In this document: positions 42,855 through 56,845 of the stretch, in pieces
How the letters are laid out: each line of letters starts with the position of its first letter
Position numbering within the stretch: the first letter of the stretch is position 1
Assembly (NCBI GenBank): GCA_965237525.1
Contig: CBDEFO010000008.1
Coordinates: 736,001-800,000, forward strand
From: Candidatus Latescibacterota bacterium
GTDB taxonomy: Bacteria; Latescibacterota; CBDEFO01
Length of the DNA stretch: 64,000 nucleotides
Reading direction: 5' to 3'
Position numbers and translations under genes: made by a program
The notes under the pieces: generated by a model
The model's input: only the letters and a program-made list of their open reading frames with translations
Database searches by the model: none
Told to the model about the DNA's origin: nothing

Positions 42855-43162
42855 GGCTTTCTAGCTCCTTAACTTTATAGAATGTAATTTTGGGCTTTGA
42901 AGGTCCTCCCAAAAGGTGGCGTGGGCACTGCGTGCGTTGCTCCGACCCCCCTTATCAAGGGGGGATACCGGGAGGTGATTGCAGGGGGCACGAAGTCAGC
43001 AGACCACGAAGTGGCGAAGTGATCGGAGAACTTTATCGACAAGAAAGGTTTAAGGATTCAAAGATAAGATAGCTGTGGATTTAAGTCAAGTGAAATTGTG
43101 ATTTTTTAGAAGAGTAATGACACATGGTATCCACCCTCACGGGATAATTTTGCCTATATTTA

Positions 43163-44684
43163 GAAGCCTTGTGAAAAACCCTTAGATTCAGAAAGTAGTA
43201 TAGAACAAGCATTGATAAAGCAGCTCCGATGTATTATATTATGTTATTGATAATATTATACATGGAGGAAACAATGACCCCACAAAAGCAGGAACAGACA
43301 AATCCGATGTTTCACTATTTTCAGATGGAGGATTTAGTTCCCGAGGATCATATCCTTCGTCAGATTGATGAGGCAGTTGATTTTTCATTTGTACGAGACG
43401 TTGTATCAGATTGTTATTGCCCTGACAATGGCAGACCCGGTATTGATCCTGAATTAGTTGTTCGAATGATCCTTATTGGCTATCTGTATAATTTGAGTGA
43501 GAATCGGCTCTGTCAGGAAGTGGGGATGCATGCGGCATATCGGTTGTTTTGTCATCAGACATTTGATGATGCGGTTCCGGATAGGAGCACGATCAACAAG
43601 CTTCGCAATCACAAGTGGGCATCCAGTGGGTTGTTTGAACGGATAATGCGTCAGGTAGTCCAGTGTTGCATAGATGTCGGTCTTGTGAGCGGTAAACACC
43701 TTAGTGTCGACGGCACTCAGATACAAGCTGATGCTTCAGTGAAAAGTATTGAGCCGATAGAACCCCCCTGTTTCTCTTGATGATTATCTCAAGGGAATCG
43801 GTTTTGAAGGTGATAAGACAAAGGGTAGGTCCGGGCATCCTCAGGATAAAGACTTTCATGGTGAAAAGTGGACGAACCAAACACACCGTTCGACTACAGA
43901 CCCCGACGCGCGCTTATACAGCAAATCGAAGGGCAAAGGGGCTTTTCTCTCGTTTATGGGCCATGATCTGATCGACACAAAAAGCAGAGTAATCCTTGAG
44001 ACTCAGGGCACGCAGGCGACAGGGACAGCAGAGCCCGAAAGTGCCCTTAAGATGGTAGATGACCTTGAAACATACACCATGCCCAAAGACATTCAGACAC
44101 TTAGTGCCGATACCGGTTACGGTTCTGGTAATTTTATCGCTGATGTACTTGACCGGGGAATCATACCCCATATTCCTCTGCGAGCCGATGAGAAGATTGA
44201 ACCGATTCCTACATGGAAAAACAAGACAAATTCAGCACATATTCAGGCCGAACGGGATAGAAAAGTGCGAGAGGCGAAAGCCAGAAATCATGCACGGTCT
44301 ATCTCATTAACAGCTGACTACAAACTCTCCCGGAGACTCCGTAAACGCAGTGAACATATCTTTGCTGAAGCCAAGCAACAACACGGTATGGGACGAGCCC
44401 GTTACAGAGGACCAGCCTCACTGAATGAACAGTTGAATCTTGTTGCAACAGTACAGAATCTCAAGAGGCTTGTATCTTTCATAAGAAGGGGGAAAGCGTC
44501 TATGTGTGCCCTGTCTGTCAAAGACAGTGCATCCTGTTCTTCAAACAGCTCCTGTTCCTTGCTGACCAGAACTCTGATAAGACTATTTTGCTTATTCCAC
44601 AGCAAAACGATACGATATGCTACTCTTTGACCCATAATCGGCGCTTCAGACGCTGCCTGGGACATAACTATTTCACAAGGCTTC
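43163..44684 (+). mobile_element. IS1182-family element (copy 3), transposase frameshifted at a C6 run near 43765
   Basis: Near-identical to copy 2, same IRs, TA flanks, one extra C. Confidence 0.9.
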
Positions 44685-44688
44685 TAAT

Positions 44689-47600
44689 GTGACGCCACTT
44701 CTTGATGTGACATCTATTAGTCCTATCTCTGGCCCGGCATCGGGTGGTACTCCTGTTACGATAACAGGTAGCAATTTCCAAAGTGGAGCGACTGTTACCT
44801 TCGATGGTATCGCAGCCACAAATGTAGCTGTAAATCTTCTGGGCACTATTACAGCCAAGACTCCCGCTCATCCTGCTGGCACTGTGAGCGTACTAGTCAC
44901 AAATCCCGACGGCCAGGCAGACACGCTTATTAACCGATTTGGGTTCGGTGATCTTTTTGCTAACACCAAGATCGCTTTTGCGTCAGACCGAGATGGCAAC
45001 TTTGAAATCTACTCGATGAACGCTGATAGTACAAACCAGACACGGCTGACCAACAACCCGGCGATTGACAGCAGCCCTTCCTGGTCGCCTGAGGGGACGA
45101 AGATCGCCTTCCATTCAACGCGGGATGGCAACTATGAAACCTACGCGATGAATGCAGACGGGACAGATCAGGTCAATCTAACCAACGACCTGGCGTTTGA
45201 TGTCACTCCTTCTTGGTCACCTGATGGCACGAAGATTGCCTTTCGGTCATCCCGCGATGGCAACCCTGAAATCTACGTGATGAACGCAGATGGGACAAAC
45301 CCAACTAACGTGTCCAATAACCCGGCGCAGGAATTCAGCCCCTCTTGGTCGCTTGACGGGACGAAGATCGCCTTTCGTTCAGACCGCGATGGAAATGCGG
45401 AGATCTACGTGATGAACGCAGACGGTACAAGCCCGATACGGCTTACCAACAACCCTGCGGAAGACGGCAACCCTTCCTGGTCTCCTGACGGGACGAAGAT
45501 CGCCTTTTTTTCAAGCAATGACATCTACGTGATAAACGTCGACGGTACAAACCAAGTCACTCTGACCAATATCCCAGCGACTGACGGCAATCCTTCTTGG
45601 TCGCCGTTCCTTGTGACACCTGCTCCAGCCACGCCAGACCTCCAGATCGCAGGAAAGATTGTGTTCTACTCACAGCGGGATGGCAACAATGAAATCTACG
45701 TGATGAACGACGACGGCACGGGTCAGACTAGGCTCACCAACAATCCGTCATTGGATAGTGTACCTTCCTGGTCACCGGACGGCACCAAGATCACGTTTCA
45801 TTCTGAACGGACAGGAAACCGTGAAATCTTTGTCATGAATGCAGATAGTACAAATCTGATCCAAGTGACCAACAACCCGGCGTCTGACGATCATCCTTCC
45901 TGGTCGCCGGACGGCACCGAGATTGCGTTTGCCTCCAATCGGACCGGCTATTTGGAAGTCTTCGTGATAAATATCGATGGGACCAATCCGGTCAATCTGA
46001 CCAACAACTTGGCGAATGACAATTTTCCTTCTTGGTCGCCGGACGGGACAAAGATCGCGTTTTGGTCAGGTCGGTCGAATGGGGTTTGGGTGATGAATGT
46101 GGATGGTACTAATCCCGTTCAGCTTACCAGCGGAACAGGTGCCACGCTCATCGGCTGGTCACCCGATGGTACTAAGCTTGTCTTTACGAATAACGATGAA
46201 GTGTTCGTGATGAATACAGATGGGTCTGGACTGACCAATCTGACAAACAATCCTGCCGGTGATGGCGCACGATCGTGGTCACCGGATGGAACCAAGATTG
46301 TCTTGAATACAAACCGCGATGGCAACGCCGAGATCTATGTGATGAACAAGGATGGCAGCGGTTTGACCAGGCTTACGAACAATACGGCAACTGACGCCGC
46401 TGAAGAATGGGCGCCTTTCCGCCATATCGGCAGTGCTGCTGTCGGCACACCGGTATCCCGGACGATGACCATCCAGAATAAGGGACAAGGGCCACTCACG
46501 GTCAGCAACATCACCTCCAGCGGCGCGCAGTTCACGATTGCGCCGACAAGCTTCAATGTAGCAGCAGGGGACAGCCAGAATGTGACGGTGACATTCACTC
46601 CGACTTCAGCGGGGACGAAGTATGATACGCTGACGATCACGAGCAATGACCCTGATGACGGGATTGTTAGCCTGATTGTGAATGGGACGGGAACAGCCGC
46701 ACCAGACCTCCAGATTGACGGTAAGATCGCCTTTCACTCAACCCGTGACGGCAACTATGAAATCTACGAGATGAACGCAGATGGGACTAATCAAGTCAAC
46801 CTCACCAACAACCCGGGATTTGACGTTGGAGCTTCTTGGTCACCGGACGGAACAAAGATCGCTTTCAGGTCAGAACGCGATGGCAACTATGAAATCTACG
46901 TGATGAATGCCGATGGGACGAACCAGACATGGCTGACTAATGATCCGGCGCAAGATGTGGCGCCTTCCTGGTCGCCAGATGGCACAAAGATCATATTTAA
47001 TTCTCTGCGGACCGGTAACGGAGAAATCTTTGTAATGAATGCAGATGGGACCAACCCTGTCAATCTGACCAACAACCCAACTACTGACAGGGAGCCTTCT
47101 TGGTCGCCAGATGGAGGGAAAATCGCATTTGGTTCATTCCGAGGAGGGTCGGACGCGATTTGGGTGATGAATGCAGATGGTACAAATCCGGTTCAGCTTA
47201 CCAGTAATACAAGTAATAGTGCACATGGTTGGTCACCAGATGGCAGGAAGATCGTTTTTCAAAATCATATCGGAAACGATGAAATCTTCGTGGTGAATGC
47301 AGATGGGACTGGTCAGACTAACCTAACGAACAATCCTACTAGTGATGCTGCACCGTCCTGGTCACCTGATGGGAGCAAAATTGCCTTTCTTACAACCCGC
47401 GATGGCAATCAGGAGATCTACGTGATGAATGCAGATGGGACTGGTTTGACGAGACTTACGAACAACCCGGCAATTGACGCCAGTGCCGATTGGTTGCCGT
47501 TCCGCCACATCGGTAGTGCAGCTATCGGGACGCCGGTCTCCCGGACGATGACCATCCAGAATAAGGGACAAGGACCACTCACGGTCAGCAACATCACCTC

Positions 47601-50600
47601 CAGCGGTGGGCAGTTCACGATTGCTCCGGTCAATTTCAATGTAGCAGCCGGGGACAGCCAGAATGTGACTGTGACGTTCACTCCTACTTCGGTGGGGACA
47701 AAGTATGATACGCTGACGATCACAAGCAACGACCCGGATGATGGGACTGTGAGCCTGATTGTCAATGGGACAGGGACACCTGCGCCAGACCTCCAGATTG
47801 CAGGGAAGATTGCGTTCCAGTCAACTCGTGACGGCAACAGTGAAATTTATGTCATGAACCCAGACGGGTCAGCACAGATACGTCTAACCAATAACGCAGC
47901 TGATGATGGGGCGTCAAGTTGGTCTCCAGATGGCAGTAAGATCGCGTTTGGATCGAGTCGGGATGTAAACGGTGAGGTCTACGTGATGAATGCGGATGGG
48001 TCAGGCAAGACCAACCTGTCTAACAATTCAGCAGCGGAAGGGTCCCCAACCTGGTCGCCGGACAGCACAAAGATCGCATTTTCCTCCACTCGCGATGGGA
48101 ATGAAGAGATTTATGTGATGAATGCGGATGGGACCAACCAGACCCGCCTGACTAATAACGCAGCAGGTGATTCGGGGCCGAGCTGGTCTCCGGATGGCAG
48201 CAAGATCGCCTTCCACTCTAACGGTGAGATTTATGTGATGAATGCAGATAGTACAGGACAGACGCGATTGACCAATAACCCAGCGAGTGATGTGCATCCG
48301 AGTTGGTCTCCCGGCGGCAGCAAAATCGTGTTTGATTCTAATAGAGACGGAAACTACGAGATTTATATGATGAATGCAGATGGTACAGGTCTGACCCGCC
48401 TGACCAACAACGGAGCTGATGATGAGGACCCGTATTGGTCTCCGGATGGGAGTAGGATTATATTTCATTCACTTCGCGCCGGCAACGCCGAGATCTATGT
48501 GATGAACGCTGATGGGACAAATCCTGTCAATCTGACCAACATCCCAGGGGATGACCATGCTCCTTCTTGGTCGCCGTTCCGCTATATCGGCAGTGCTGCT
48601 GTCGGCACGTCGGTCTCCCGAATTATGACCATCCAGAATACAGGACAAGGGCCACTCACGGTCAGTAACATCACCTCCAGCGGCGCACAGTTCACGATGA
48701 CGCCGACGAGTTTCAATGTAGCAGCAGGTGACAGCCAGGACGTGACGGTTACATTCACTCCGACCTCAGCGGGTACGAAATACGACACGCTGACGATCAC
48801 CAGCAACGATCCGGATGATGGGACTGTGAGTCTGATTGTGAATGGGACGGGGACAGGCGCGCCGGATCTCCAGATTTCCGGGAAGATTGTCTTCTACTCA
48901 CAGCGGGATGGCAACAATGAAATCTACGTGATGAACCCCGACGGGACAGGTCTAACACGGCTGACTAATGATCCGGCGGACGATTTGGCGTCTTCCTGGT
49001 CGCCGGATGGCACCAGGATCGCCTTTTTTTCTGAACGGACTGGGAACCGTGATGTCTTTGTCATGAACGTGGATGGCACAAATCTGGTTCAACTGACCAA
49101 CACGCTGGCGGATGACGGTTCGCCTTCTTGGTCACCGGACGGGACGAAGATCGCGTTTTACTCTGGGCGGGACGGCAACGATGAAGTCTACGTGATGAAC
49201 CCCGATGGTTCTAATCCTGTCAATCTGACCAATAACCCTGCGGGTGACGCGGCTTCCTCCTGGTCGCCTGATGGGACGAAGATCGCATTTCTCTCAAACC
49301 GAGATGGGGTGGGATTTGGGGTTTGGGTGATGAACGCCGATGGGACCAATCCGGTTCAGCTTACCAGCGGAACATGTAATACTTTCATAGGCTGGTCACC
49401 CGATGGCACTAAGCTTGTCTTTGCCAATTGTCAGTCTGGGAATGATGAACTCTTCGTAATGAATGCAGATGGGACAGGACAGACCAACCTCACGAACAAC
49501 CCTGTCCCTGATGCTGGACGGTCCTGGTCACCGGATGGGAGTTAGGATTATCTTTACTACAAGGCGCGATGGTAACGATGAAATCTATATAATGAATGAC
49601 GATGGCAGTGGTTTAACCAGGATTACGAACAACTCTGCGAGTGACTCCCATCCTTCTTGGGAACCTTTCCGCCTCATCGGCAGTGCTGCCGTCGGCACAC
49701 TGGTCTCCCGGACGATGACCATCCAGAATAAGGGACAAGGGCCACTCACAGTCAGCAACATTACCCCCAGCGGCGCGCAGTTCACGATTACGCCGATCAG
49801 TTTCAACGTAGCGGCAGGGGACAGCCAGAACGTGACGGTGACGTTCACCCCGGACTCAGTGGGTACAGCGTATGATACGCTGACGATCACGAGCAACGAT
49901 CCGGATGATGGTACTGTGAGACTGATTGTGAATGGGACGGGTGTTGGAATCCAACCAGGGTACAATATTTCTGGAGTCGTGAGTTACTTCAGCGATTATA
50001 CCAAGACGACACCGAATGTCAATATGCGTTTGACCGAAGTAGGAGGAGCATTAGACTCCACTGTAGTAACAGGTGCCGATGGAGCCTATCTTTTCTCTTC
50101 GATCCCTGGAAGTGTAGATTACAATCTCGTGCCAGATAGATCCGATGTTCCTGCTAATTTATCAGGCACGATAGTAAGTCTTACTGATGCGGCGCTTACT
50201 CTAAGATGTGCTCTGGGTTTGGATATTTGCACTCCTGAGGAGAGGTGCGCTGCCGATCCAAACGGGGATGGAGGTGTGACCCTTACTGATGCGGCACTTG
50301 TCTTAAGGTTCGCCCTCAGTCTGGATGCTATATTCCCTATAGAAACATTCTGGGTATTTAAGCCTGACACTGCTACATTTGTTTCATTAACTGCAGATAC
50401 AGTTCAGAATTTCAAATCTATACTTGTGGGTGATGTTAACGGTAGCTTCAAGGACGAACCTGCTGTAAAGGTAGTCGCGAGGGAGTCCCATATCCGGGTA
50501 GGCATAGGGGAAGTAAAGGACAAAGTCGGGAAGTTTATCACTGTTCCTTTGATCGTCAGTGAGGTTGAAGATATGTACGGTGCTGGCTTTACGATAGACT

Positions 50601-51172
50601 ATCCCGATGATGTTCTGAGAATCAGGGACATTAGGACTACCCAACTGACCGATGGATATATGTTGGCATCGAATTTGGGTAAGGCGGACGCTGAGGGGCA
50701 AGTAATATTCGGGATGATTAATGCTACTCCACTGAGGGGCAGCGGTGCTATAGCGGAGTTGATATTTGAGGTAATAGGCGAAGACGTTAAATCTGCGTAT
50801 TTTGTGGTAGTGGATGGAGATCTGTATGATCTTAAAGGACCTATGGGTGTCCAATTGTACGATGGGGAGTTTATGGCTCTTCCGGAGCAGGCTTACTTAA
50901 GTCAGAACTATCCTAATCCGTTTAACCCGGAAACTACGATTGATTATGCTATTCCGAGCGGCATGGAGCTAACGCCAGTTTCACTGAATATTTATAATAT
51001 TTCCGGTCAAGTGGTCAGAACACTTGTGGATGAGGAGAAAGCACCTGGTTTCTATACGGCTGTATGGGACGGTAGAGATAAGGAGGACAAAGTTGTCAGC
51101 AGTGGAATTTATTTCTATCGCATCGTAACCGATAAGTTTATTTCTGTTAAGAAGATGGTGCTGTTGAAATAG
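44689..51172 (+). CDS. Very large surface protein: IPT/TIG, five TolB-type (PD40) propellers with interspersed Ig (ASH-like) domains, dockerin-like, cohesin-like, FlgD-type tail; 5' end truncated by IS, 1-nt frameshift near 49542
   Basis: WSPDGTKIAF repeats; TLTITSNDPD Ig repeats; ADPNGDGGVTLTDAAL dockerin-like; LSQNYPNPFNPET tail; ORFs 44689-49545 and 49463-51172 join (gggagttagg versus gggagtagg in the previous repeat). Confidence 0.85.
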
Positions 51173-51260
51173 TATCATATGATCTTCTCTTGAGACATAT
51201 TCAATTGATGTGTGACTTAGATTGACACCCTATGTTTTTCAGATAAGGAGCGGAAAGGTT

Positions 51261-54200
51261 ATGGACACTTTGAAACTGCTATTGAGATCAGTTATTCTTA
51301 TAGCCTTCTCTGTAACCGCGGCATACGCGTTTGATGCGGGTCAGCCGTTTACAGTAAGCTTGACCGGTATAAATGGCAGTCCTACTATCATAGCCAATCC
51401 AGGAGACGAGTTTCAAATTGAGGCGAGGGTCAGTTCGGTAACCAGGGGCCTATTCGGATTCTCCTCAAAATTTGGGTTTGATCCTAATGTTATAGAGATG
51501 GTTACACAGTTTGGGCAACCGATCATAGAGCGTGTTCCAGCATTGCCTGGTAATCCTTCACCTGCTGGTGGCATAGTAGCCGGCACTACTGATACTCTTA
51601 GTATGGGAGTTGTTGCATCTGATGGTGTTGGTGATTCGCCTGTCGGCGGTACCATTCTTAGGATTACGTTTAGAGTGAAGAGTACAGCTAATCCTGGAGA
51701 TTCGAGCCCGCTCAATTTGGTTAATGCTATCGTTAGTGTAGATACTCTTTTGGATTTTGGGCCTTTTGCTGGCATAGACATTCCTGCGGATACTCTTATA
51801 AGTGGATTTGTGCAGCTTCCTGGGGGTACTGGGGACATCGATGTATTTCCCCTTGCTATCGATTTTGGTACTGTCGTGGTAGGAGCATTACAAGAAGATG
51901 TGCTAGTTATTTCAAATACTGGTAATGCCACTTTGGTTTTGGGGACTCTGTCCAAGACTGGCCCTAATCCGACCGCTTTCACCTTTGCTCCTATTCTTGC
52001 CGATGTTTCCGGTTCGTCTATTGCCCCCGGTGATAGCATTTCGGTGGCTGCGAAGTTCAGTCCCGGTGTTGCAGGGCCTAAGAGTGCCACTTTGGTCATT
52101 CCGAGCAACGATCCTGACCCTGATGAAGATACTGTGTTTGTGGCTTTGGCAGGTATGAGTGTAGTTCCGCCCAATATAGTTGTTACTCCGACTTTTGTGG
52201 ACTTTGGTACTGTAGACGTGGGAGTTCAAAAGTCAGATACTTTAACGGTGAGCAATACGGGGGGGGATACTCTGAAAATCTTCCAGGTGTCTATTCCTCT
52301 TCCGCCCTTTAATGCGTTCCCAATTGGTCCGTTAAATGTCCTTCCGGGTGGATTAACCCAGATTGTGGTTCAGTTCCAACCTCCTTCTGCTGGAGCTTTT
52401 ATCGACACTCTGAAGATCACCAGCAACGACCCGGATACTCCGTCCTTAGGAGTTCCACTGACCGGAGAGGGTGTTGTGCCTCCTCCCTCTGCTTCTCGGT
52501 TTGGTGAGCCGTTTAGAGTAAGCTTGACCGGTATAGACGGCAGTTCCACTATCGTAGCAAATCCAGGAGAGGAGTTTCAGATTGAGGCTAGGGTCAGTTC
52601 GGTAACTAGGGGCCTATTCGGATTCTCCTCAAAATTTGGGTTTGATCCTAATGTGATAGAATTGGTTACACAGTTTGGGCAACCTATTATACAGCGTGTT
52701 CCGCTATTGCCTGGTAATCCTACACCTGCAGGTGGTCTGGTAGCTGGCACTAATGATACGCTTAGTATGGGTGTGGTCGCGTCGGATGGTGTTGGTGATT
52801 CACCTGTTAGTGGTCCAATTCTTAGGATTACATTTAGAGTGAAGAGCACAGCTAGTCCTGGAGGGTCAAGTCCACTCAATTTGGTTAATGCTGTCGTTAG
52901 TGTAGATACTCTTTTGGAATTTGGACCATTTTTGGGCATAGATATTCCTGCGGATACTCTTATAAGCGGATTAATTCAGGTTGCTGTGCCTGATACTTCC
53001 GATATTGCTGTCTCCCCAGAAAGAATAGATTATGGTATCGTATTGGTAGGCGGCAGTTCAGACAGTGCGATAACGATTAAGAACTTCGGTAGTAAGAACT
53101 TAGTCTTAGGGGATTTGTCTCTTACAGGTGCCGATGCAGGTGAGTTTTCTATTGCTATTCCTCCAAGTACCAGCATCTCACCAGGGGACATTAGTGGTGC
53201 CGTTATAAGATTCTCACCTCAGTCGGGTGGAACAAAGTCCGCAACCTTAGTGATTCCGAGTAACGATCCGGATGAGTCGTCTGTAAACGTGCCTTTGACA
53301 GGTACAGGTTTCGTTCTTGAGCCGGATATCGCGGTCGTTCCAGATACATTGGTAATTAGAGGTATTATTGTAGGAAGTACTCGTTTACTGAATGTAACAG
53401 TAAGCAATGTTGGTAATGCAGATCTCTATGTAACTGGCATTTCCTTGACCGGAGCTGTACAGTTCAGTCGGACAGATGGAGTGATTTCACCCTTTACGCT
53501 CGCACCTGGATCCGACACGACGTTGACGGTGCAATTTGCACCAGATTCAGTGGGATCATTCGACGGGACATTGACTATCACCAGCAACGACCCGGATAAG
53601 CCATCTGTGGATGTACCTTTGACTGGTGCAGGTATTGCTCTCTCTGCCCTTCAGGTTAGCATACCGCATATTACTGCGTCTCCGGGTGAACTCATTTCCT
53701 TCAGGCTTTCCTCTGGAGTACTAACCTCTATTGATACGGCAAAGGTAGCAATGGCAACCCCCGTTGATACACTAACCGGGCCCGGAACTCTTGCCTTCAT
53801 TAGAGTTAGCATCCCCCATACAGCAGTCCAGGGCGCTACCACACCCCTTGCTTTCCAGCGTCTTCTGTTTAATGACGGAGATCCGTCCGCAGTGACACAG
53901 GATGGATCGCTCACTGTTGTTGCTATTCTGGGAGATGTCAGCAGTAATGGGAGAGTTGGTGCCTTCGACGCGTCGTTGATTCTCAGGGAGGTAGTAGGGC
54001 TTATCACCTTACCTGATCCTGCATGGTCACACTTCACTTTATCTGTTGCCGATGTAAGTGGGGACGGGACGATTTCTCCTTTGGATGGAGCGCTCATCCT
54101 CCGGTTCGTTGTTGGGATTATAGATCGGTTCCCTGCGCAGGGAGGAGGGTTCTTCAAATTTGTCTCTTCTAAAAGAACTATTCGTTTAGGAGAACATGAG

Positions 54201-56135
54201 GAATTAGGTGATCGCCTCTTCCGCGTTCCGATTATCATAGACGAAATGGATGGAGTGCTTGCAGGCACGATTGAGCTTACCTTTGATCCTTCGCAGGTAA
54301 CAGTAGCAGAAGTCTTACTTGCCGAGTTGAGCGTAGATTATCTTTTTGAAAGTAATGTCATCGATGATAAAATCATCATCGCCTTTGCAGGAGCACAATC
54401 TCTATCAGGAAGCGGGGAAGTTGCACAGATTCTCTTTCAAACCGATATGATTGGGGAAGATATAACGGGAAGTGTTTCTCTGGGCCAGGTGGTACTGAAC
54501 GAGGGGCAAATCGGCGTGCAGATTGAGGAGAAACAGACATCGTATCCAGATACTTACCGATTATTTCAGAATTTCCCGAATCCTTTCAACCCAGAGACGA
54601 CAATTCGGTATTATCTGCCTTCCTCCAGCCCTCTCACGCTGACGATCTACAATCTGTCTGGACAGTTAATTCGGACACTTGTGGATGGTCACAGATCAGC
54701 CGGTAGCGGTTATTTATCAAATGAAATCGGTGCACTTCTCTTTCGATCTTTGATTGATCTTGAATGATAGGTTTTCGACAATCTTTGGTTTCTGTTCTTT
54801 TTCAAAATGGATGTATAATTGTTCTTCTTTTAGGTTCCATTCAGCCAGGACAAAGTAGTTGGTGTAAGAGGAGGGAAGAGATACTTTCTCATTTAGGACA
54901 TCGATAAAGGCTTTATCTGTCTGTTCTGTGTCCTGTTTGACTTGTCTGATAAAATAGGTCTTGGGAATGAAATCTTTCTCGTTTGACTTCTCTTGCTTAG
55001 GTGGACGGTAGCCGGTGTATCTCTGTGATGAAAGATTAAACCATTCTAACTTCTGATCAACTTCTTGTAAGCTTTTGAACTGAATTCTGTTCCAGAACTT
55101 CCTTGAAAATACAGAATTGTTGCCTTCTATAGATGCTTGAGAAAAGGGCCTTCTGGGAACGGCAAATATCGGAATCACTTGATTTTTCAAGAGAAACTGC
55201 ATTGCTTTGCTGACATTCCTTTTACCTGAAACACTGCCAATAGTCGCCGAGCAATTGTCCACCTTAACGAAATCTGGTTTTTCAAACCTGTCAAAGAAAG
55301 ACTGACACTTCTCGATAAAGTTAGTTGCTGTTTGACCGTCAACCCGCCGAAAATACCTTAACTTAGGCTCTTTCTTAAAGGAAAATCCAACGAAGTTGAC
55401 CGGCTCAGTTCTGCCGGTAAGATACTTTTTACCAATAAAGTCTGATTCTAGGACTCTGCCTCCTGAAAGATAGTAAATGGTATACTCTGGATAACAAAGA
55501 TAACGAGATGCACCCTTGTTTTTACCTTTCTTCCTTCTCTGGGAAAGTCCTAAATCTGAAAGCATTCTGCCGATAGTCGGCAACGACGGAGGAGGGGTGC
55601 TAGAATATCGATTCCTCCATTCTTGTTCAATAACAGTGGCTCCTGAATAGAACTGATAAGGATCGTCCTCTAAGCTATGGTAAATCTCTTTGATTCTCTG
55701 TTCGTCAACTTTAGCCAATTTTCGCCTTTTTCCTTTTGGCCAACCCCGATTATCCATGGCAAAATCCTGATCCGGAGATTTAGTCCAAGCCGTAACGAAA
55801 TCATTGGAAACTCTCGCTTGTTTGATAACTTCTCGCTTTGACATTTCTTTCTTAAAATACATCTCGTTGACTTCTTGTCTTAATACGGCCAATCTCTCTT
55901 TGTCCATAGGACTCCGTAGATTAAAGTTAAGACAATCAACTCAACTTAATCTACTAATACTCTAAACAAAGATCAAATTAGTTGCACCGATTTCATTTGA
56001 TATTCAACCGGTAGCCACTCAGTGGTATGGGATAGCACGGACGACACTAGCAATGCTGTGGCAAGCGGTGTATTTCTGTATCGGTTAGAGGCGGATGGAT
56101 TTGTGCAGATAAGGAAGCTGATATTGATGCGGTAG
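51261..56135 (+). pseudogene. Secreted cohesin/Ig/dockerin protein with FlgD-type tail, interrupted by an IS at 54708-56009
   Basis: Signal peptide, duplicated cohesin-like domain, four SNDPD Ig repeats, GDVSSNGRVGAFDA/ADVSGDGTISPLDG dockerin, QNFPNPFNPET; frame resumes after IS as HSVVWDSTDDTSNAVASGVFLYRL...KLILMR*. Confidence 0.85.
54708..56009 (-). mobile_element. Intact-looking IS (integrase-core DDE transposase 54717-55907, IS481-like), 6-bp target duplication
   Basis: IRs GGTTATTTATCAAATGAAATCGGTGCA / TGCACCGATTTCATTTGATATTCAACC; GGTAGC on both sides; 396-aa ORF with HTH-like N-terminus and D..VDN..SIEG acidic triad. Family assignment tentative. Confidence 0.88.
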
Positions 56136-56261
56136 GTTTCTAGACCCTTTTGTGAAGCTTACAGGATTGTACACATAGCCCGTCAGAGATGACGGGCTAT
56201 CTTCTTGAACATTTACACCGCTATCGACTATAGGCGCAGTAGGTTTCTGCAACGAATTTCG

Positions 56262-56334
56262 CTCTCCCGGCAGGACTCGAACCTGCGACACGGTGGTTAA
56301 CAGCCACCTGCTCTGCCAACTGAGCTACGGGAGA
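56262..56334 (-). tRNA. tRNA-Asn (GTT), CCA not encoded
   Basis: Reverse complement TCTCCCGTAGCTCAGTTGGCAGAGCAGGTGGCTGTTAACCACCGTGTCGCAGGTTCGAGTCCTGCCGGGAGAG. Confidence 0.96.
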
Positions 56335-56845
56335 GTGACAGTTGTATGCAACAGTTTCAGTACAAAATTGGCCCTTGAACAAGCAGGACGTCCAGTTTCT
56401 CCCCGAAAAGTTCTTCGATCACTCTTCGGAGGTTACGTATGATGGCGATCGTCCCCTGCGACACGGAGTCGCCCCCGATTGTTTCTATCGGGGATCTGGG
56501 GGTCGAGATTTCTGGGGATCCCTTTGCAAAATGTTCAAGCTTTATTGCCACATGTAAAGATAAAATCTAATCTATCCTTTTCCAGATGTCAATAGCAAAA
56601 AGTGCTGGCCTACCAAATTTTAACAGGGCTGCTGCAACGTGTACTCAGTCTTGAACTATAGGGCTCCCCAGCTGATTTTGTCAGCAGAGACTGATTTTAC
56701 CCAAGCGGTCAGATAGGACAGAGTTCTACGATATGCCTTCTAAGGCTGTTTTTCGCTTGACTCCTGTATCTTTGTATGTTTATCTTTTGTTAATAATCAA
56801 TCATATAAAACCTTAATTCTCCAATAAGGAGCAAGGGTCTCTGCA

